Source: Chloroflexia bacterium
GTDB lineage: Bacteria > Chloroflexota > Chloroflexia > DTKN01
DNA: 64,000 bases
Reading direction: 5' to 3'
Assembly: GCA_034433695.1 (NCBI GenBank)
Contig: DAOUAK010000038.1
Location: 2,758-66,757 of the forward strand
The notes beneath the pieces were generated by a model. It saw nothing but the letters and a program-made list of their open reading frames with translations, had not been told where the DNA came from and ran no database searches. Of the stretch, positions 60,161-64,000 are shown piece after piece (position 1 is the stretch's first letter; each line of letters begins with the position of its first letter). Position numbers and translations under genes: made by a program.

Positions 60161-60844
60161 TCAGGACTTGCCCCTCCCACCATGCCCTCCGCCGGCCTCC
60201 CGGGCGATTTCGAGAGCCCAGGGCGTGGCCAGGCGGGCCGGCTCCAGGGCCAGGAGCGCCTGGGCTTCCTCCAGGGAACGGATTTCCCCCATCGCCCCCA
60301 GAAGACAATCCGGCCCGACGAACTCGGCCAGCCGCCGGAACATGGTCGGAGTAATCGGCTGGGGAACAAAGGTGCCGGCCAGCAGAAAATCGGCCCCACA
60401 CTCCCGGACCAGGCGCACCACTTCCCGCTGTTCTGCCAGGCTCAGGAGGTCCACGTAGATGAGCACCTTGACCCGGGCCTCGGGGTTCACCTGCCGGCAT
60501 TGCTTGAGCACATACGCCACGTCCTGCCGGAAGGTCTCCCGGTAGCCGCTTTTGTAGGCGGAAAGGTTGGGCACCAGGGTAACCTCCATAGCCCCTTCTT
60601 CCAGGGCCAGCCGCGCCTCCAGCCCTTTGACCGAGGCGGTGTGCGTCCCCATCGGGTAGCCCACCACGACGCCCATCCGCACCGGCGACTGGGCCAGCGC
60701 CAGGCCGGTAAAGCGGGCCCACACCGGGGGCACCGTCAGAGCAACCAGGTGAAGGTCTTTGGCCGCCATCGCCAGCCGACGCACCTCCTCTTCGATGCTG
60801 TCCGGACGCAGGGCAACGAGTTCCATCCGAGAGGTGATTTCCAT
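60161..60844 (-). CDS. DeoC/DERA-fold class I aldolase homologue lacking the canonical catalytic residues
   Basis: ATG follows GAGGAGG. The protein looks collinear with DERA (VVVGYPMG, VKVLIYV, GADFLLAGTFV, GAMGEIR). The Schiff-base Lys position reads Leu. Confidence 0.6.
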   Translation of the reverse strand: MEITSRMELVALRPDSIEEEVRRLAMAAKDLHLVALTVPPVWARFTGLALAQSPVRMGVVVGYPMGTHTASVKGLEARLALEEGAMEVTLVPNLSAYKSGYRETFRQDVAYVLKQCRQVNPEARVKVLIYVDLLSLAEQREVVRLVRECGADFLLAGTFVPQPITPTMFRRLAEFVGPDCLLGAMGEIRSLEEAQALLALEPARLATPWALEIAREAGGGHGGRGKS

Positions 60845-60878
60845 CGTTTCCTCCTCAAGCCCTCGGACGGCGCAGCGT

Positions 60879-61949
60879 TTAGCCGGAGATAAAGGCTTCC
60901 GTCAGCCGGTAAGCCTCTTCGTCCGGAATCTGCCGTGGGGGCGTCTTCATAAAGTAGGCCGAGGGTGCCTCGATGGCCCCCTTGAGGCCGCGGTCCAGGG
61001 CTAACTTGCAGCAGCGCACCGCATCAATGACCACGCCGGCCGAGTTGGGGCTGTCCCACACCTCCAGTTTGCACTCCAGCGTAATGGGCGAGCCGCCGAA
61101 AGCCGTGCCCTCCATACGGATGTAGCAGAACTTGCGGTCCAGAAGCCACGGTACATAGTCGCTGGGGCCGATGTGGATGTCGCCCTCCGGCAGGCGATAG
61201 TCCAGTTCGGCGGTGACCGCTCCGGTCTTGGAAATCTTTTTCGATTCCAGCCGTTCTCGCTCCAGCATGTTCAGGAAATCGGTGTTCCCGCCGAAATTCA
61301 GTTGATAGGTACGCTCCAGGCGCACGCCCCGCTGGCGGAAGAGATGGGTGAGGGCCCGGTGCAGGATGGTCGCTCCGACCTGCGATTTGATGTCGTCGCC
61401 GATCACCGGCAGCCCCCGCTCCTCGAAGCGGCGTTGCCAGTACGCCTGAGAAGCGATAAAGACCGGGATGCAGTTGACAAAGCCGCAGCCGGCCTCCAGT
61501 ACCTGCTCCACATACCACTTGGTTGCCATCTCCGAGCCGACCGGCAGGAAGTTGACCACGACATGGGTGCCGGTCTCCCGGAGGATGCGGACAATGTCAT
61601 CTGTGGAGCCGGGCGCCTTACGAATCACCTGGGAGAGGTACTTGCCCAGCCCATCGTGGGTCATCCCCCGATGCACAGGCACACCCAGGTGGGGAACATC
61701 GGCGAAGTGACGTGTGTTGTTCGGCGCGGTGAAGATGGCCTCGGATAGATCCTCGCCCACCTTGTTGGCATCAATGTCAAAGGCGGCCGAGAACTCGATG
61801 TCGCCGACGTGGTAGCCCCCCAGGACGACGTGCATCAGCCCGGGGACAAACTCCTCCGGCGGAGCGTTGCGGTAGAAATACACCCCCTGGACGAACGATG
61901 AGGCACAGTTGCCGACGCCGATGATGGCGACACGAACTTTTTCACCCAT
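60879..61949 (-). CDS. ino1: Inositol-3-phosphate synthase (MIPS)
   Basis: ATG 61949 follows AAGGAGGG. Motifs: [19 protein letters not shown], the short prokaryotic MIPS pattern, and IKSQVGATI. Confidence 0.85.
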   Translation of the reverse strand: MGEKVRVAIIGVGNCASSFVQGVYFYRNAPPEEFVPGLMHVVLGGYHVGDIEFSAAFDIDANKVGEDLSEAIFTAPNNTRHFADVPHLGVPVHRGMTHDGLGKYLSQVIRKAPGSTDDIVRILRETGTHVVVNFLPVGSEMATKWYVEQVLEAGCGFVNCIPVFIASQAYWQRRFEERGLPVIGDDIKSQVGATILHRALTHLFRQRGVRLERTYQLNFGGNTDFLNMLERERLESKKISKTGAVTAELDYRLPEGDIHIGPSDYVPWLLDRKFCYIRMEGTAFGGSPITLECKLEVWDSPNSAGVVIDAVRCCKLALDRGLKGAIEAPSAYFMKTPPRQIPDEEAYRLTEAFISG

Positions 61950-61975
61950 ACGACCCTCCTTTGCTTGGCGAACGT

Positions 61976-62830
61976 TCACGGCATCCGCCGCCGCCAGTGC
62001 TCGATGTACCGCCTGGCGTAGCGGTCCCGACCCAGCAACAGGTCCACGGCCAGCACCGTGGTCCGAACCTTGGCTACATCCACGATGGGACAGTTGACCC
62101 CGTTCATGATGGCCAGGGCCAGGAAGGCCAGATTGAGCGCTTCCCGATCCGGCAGACCGAAGGAGACGTTGCTCACCCCCAGGGTCTGGTTGACCCCCAG
62201 TTCCTGCGATACCAGCCGGATGGCCTCCAGGGTGACCCGGGCGGCCTGAAAATCGGCCCCTACCGTCAGGGCCAGGCAGTCTATGAGGACGTCCTGGCGA
62301 GGGATACCCCGTTGCTCGGCCCGTTCGACGATGCGCTCGGCGATCTTCAGCCGCTTGAACGGGTCGGAAGGGATGCCCTCGCCGTCCATCGTCAGCCCGA
62401 TCACCGCGGCTCCGTGCTCCCGCACCAGGGGGAGAACCCGCTCCAGCGTGGATTCTTCCCCGTTGACCGAGTTGACCAGGGCCTTGCCCGGATAAAGTTC
62501 CAGGGCGGCCTTCAGGGCGGCCGGATTGGTGGTATCGAGGGAAAGAGGCACATCGGCCGCCTCCAGAGCCGTCCGGACGGCCAGCGGAAGGATGCGCACC
62601 TCGTCCACTCCGGCCGCACCGACGTTGATGTCCACGACATCGGCCCCGGCTTCCACCTGGGCCCGCACCTCTCGGGCCACGGGGGACATATCCCCGACCC
62701 GCAGGGCCTCGGCCAGACGTTTTTTGCCCGTGGGGTTGATCCGTTCGCCGATGAGGACGGTGGGCCGGTCGCGGGCGATCTGCACCGTTTTCCCGGCCGA
62801 AGAAAGGGTGGTAACGAGCACCTGTTCCAC
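61976..62830 (-). CDS. acsE: Methyltetrahydrofolate:corrinoid methyltransferase (pterin-binding, AcsE/MeTr-like)
   Basis: GTG 62830 follows AAGGAGG. Motifs: [45 protein letters not shown]. The 488-aa ORF extension in the track is rejected. Confidence 0.8.
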   Translation of the reverse strand: MEQVLVTTLSSAGKTVQIARDRPTVLIGERINPTGKKRLAEALRVGDMSPVAREVRAQVEAGADVVDINVGAAGVDEVRILPLAVRTALEAADVPLSLDTTNPAALKAALELYPGKALVNSVNGEESTLERVLPLVREHGAAVIGLTMDGEGIPSDPFKRLKIAERIVERAEQRGIPRQDVLIDCLALTVGADFQAARVTLEAIRLVSQELGVNQTLGVSNVSFGLPDREALNLAFLALAIMNGVNCPIVDVAKVRTTVLAVDLLLGRDRYARRYIEHWRRRMP

Positions 62831-62841
62831 GGGAACCTCCT

Positions 62842-64000
62842 TTATCTTCTCTCCGGGAACGACATGGCCCGGATGAAGGCTTCCCGAAATCCCGGGTGGG
62901 CAGAAAGTTCGATGTAGCGGATTCGGCGGGCGAGTTCCTGGGCCCGTCGGCGCATCGGAAGCGAAAGGAGGGCCTGCACCGCCCCGGCCCCGGCGGCGTT
63001 GCCCAGCCCGATGACCCGTTCCTGGGGCATCCGGGGAATCAGGCCGATCTCCATAGCCTCCTCCCGGTCCACATCGTTGCCGAAAGAGCCGGCCAGGAGC
63101 ACCTCCTCGAGGTCGCCTTCCCCCAGGCCGGCTTCCTGGAGGAGGAGGCGCAGGCCGGCAGCGACGGCCGCCTTGGCCAGGAGGAGTTCGGCCACATCCT
63201 GTTGCGTGAGGGTGATCCTCCGCCCGGTGCCCGAGGCATCCTCCGGCACAAGCACCAGTTCTGGTCCCCGCCGGCCCTGGACGAAGAGGCCCGGCGGAGC
63301 CCGGTGCAGGAGGAAGCGGCCCCTGGAAGAAAGGAGCCCCGCCCTCCGCAGGGCAGCCGCCGCCGAGACCAGCCCCGAGCCGGCCAGCCCCATCGCCGGC
63401 TGCTCCCCCAGGACGTGCACCTCCACACGCCCGTCGGTCCACCTCACCCGGTCGATGGCCCCCGGTGCGGCGCGCATACCACAGGAGATGCGCGCTCCCT
63501 CAAAGGCCGGGCCGGCCGCCGCAGCGCAGGCAAAGAGTTCCCCCCGACGGCTCAGGATGACCTCGGCGTTCGTGCCCAGGTCCACCAGCACCCGCGTCCG
63601 GCCGTCTTCTCCCAGAGATGCGGCCAGGGCATCGGCCACGGCATCGGCCCCGACATAGCCGGATACGGCCGGGAGGAGGTGCACGTTGCCTCCCGGGGAC
63701 ATCTCCAGCCCGGCCTCCCGCGCCGGCAGGTCCAGGGGATCGGTGAAGGTGGGGACGTAAGGGGATACACCGATGGTATGGGGGTCCAGGCCCAGGAAGA
63801 GGTGCAACATACAGGTGTTGCCCACCAGGGTGGCCTCATAGATGCCCTGCGGGGAAAGACCGGCTTCCCGGCAGACCCGGGCGATCAGGGCGTTGAGCGT
63901 CTCCAGGGCAGCCCGACGAAGCGCCTCTACTTCGCCGGCATGGGCACGGTCGAGGCGGGAAAGGACATCCTCGCCGTAGATGCTCTGGCGGTTGAGGGCG
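62842..64000 (-). CDS. Corrinoid activation/regeneration protein (RACo/AcsV, ASKHA domain), 5'-truncated by the window edge
   Basis: The frame stays open upstream of the track's Met to position 64000 (..[15 protein letters not shown]...[15 protein letters not shown]). Motifs: [18 protein letters not shown]. Confidence 0.75.
   Translation of the reverse strand, partial: ALNRQSIYGEDVLSRLDRAHAGEVEALRRAALETLNALIARVCREAGLSPQGIYEATLVGNTCMLHLFLGLDPHTIGVSPYVPTFTDPLDLPAREAGLEMSPGGNVHLLPAVSGYVGADAVADALAASLGEDGRTRVLVDLGTNAEVILSRRGELFACAAAAGPAFEGARISCGMRAAPGAIDRVRWTDGRVEVHVLGEQPAMGLAGSGLVSAAAALRRAGLLSSRGRFLLHRAPPGLFVQGRRGPELVLVPEDASGTGRRITLTQQDVAELLLAKAAVAAGLRLLLQEAGLGEGDLEEVLLAGSFGNDVDREEAMEIGLIPRMPQERVIGLGNAAGAGAVQALLSLPMRRRAQELARRIRYIELSAHPGFREAFIRAMSFPERR

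Noticed and set aside
1-64000. A search for tRNA, rRNA, CRISPR arrays, transposases, integrases and phage or defence genes.
   Set aside because: No intergenic region contains a T-loop-like GGTTCGAATCC motif in a cloverleaf context. I saw no regularly spaced direct repeats, and no ORF shows transposase, integrase or nuclease hallmarks. The window looks like core chromosome with no recognisable mobile or foreign DNA.

Overview
This is a visibly GC-rich bacterial chromosomal segment. Gene content and motif style suggest a thermophilic, possibly Chloroflexota-like anaerobe, but that is inference only. I support about 48 protein-coding genes and found no rRNA, tRNA, CRISPR array or mobile element. 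All family calls come from motif recognition by eye in the supplied translations; no database search was run.

Layout:
- 1-20420 (+): a tightly translationally coupled sugar-uptake and degradation locus with several ATGA start/stop overlaps. It holds 2 solute-binding proteins (one giant, 964 aa), 4 ABC permeases and no ATPase. It also holds an NHL/TPR/Yip1 membrane protein, a large secreted protein of unknown function, two GH144-like proteins, a LacI regulator, a GH35 and a GH3. The content is consistent with beta-1,2-glucan use.
- 20683-26103 (-): an alpha-2-macroglobulin gene of about 1820 codons, broken by a single in-frame TGA that falls exactly on the thioester cysteine codon.
- 26241-29968 (-): a cysE-DUF59 fusion, cysK and glmS.
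- 30167-37332 (+): a GT-C-like membrane protein, two GT2, a GT4, a creatininase-family protein, a cysteine desulfurase and an IscU-like protein.
- 37406-43291 (+): a consensus promoter and a structured leader ending in an intrinsic terminator. These precede a soluble MgtE-N/CBS protein, an NRAMP-related transporter with a non-canonical metal site, and an ABC system with no binding protein.
- 43302-48332 (-): a zinc-ribbon membrane protein, a DarA-like c-di-AMP receptor, an R3H AAA ATPase, a GNAT-like protein, pdxT and pdxS.
- 48532-64000: rpsA, clpC, a secreted Gly-rich protein pair, a MarR regulator with a heterodimeric ABC exporter, pfkA, a DeoC-like protein lacking catalytic residues, inositol-3-phosphate synthase, acsE, and a 5'-truncated corrinoid activator (RACo/AcsV).

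The most interesting observations are the Cys-position TGA in the A2M thioester motif (selenocysteine candidate versus nonsense mutation), the giant-SBP/Yip1/unknown-protein module inside the sugar locus, and the leader plus MgtE-N/CBS plus NRMT-like operon.
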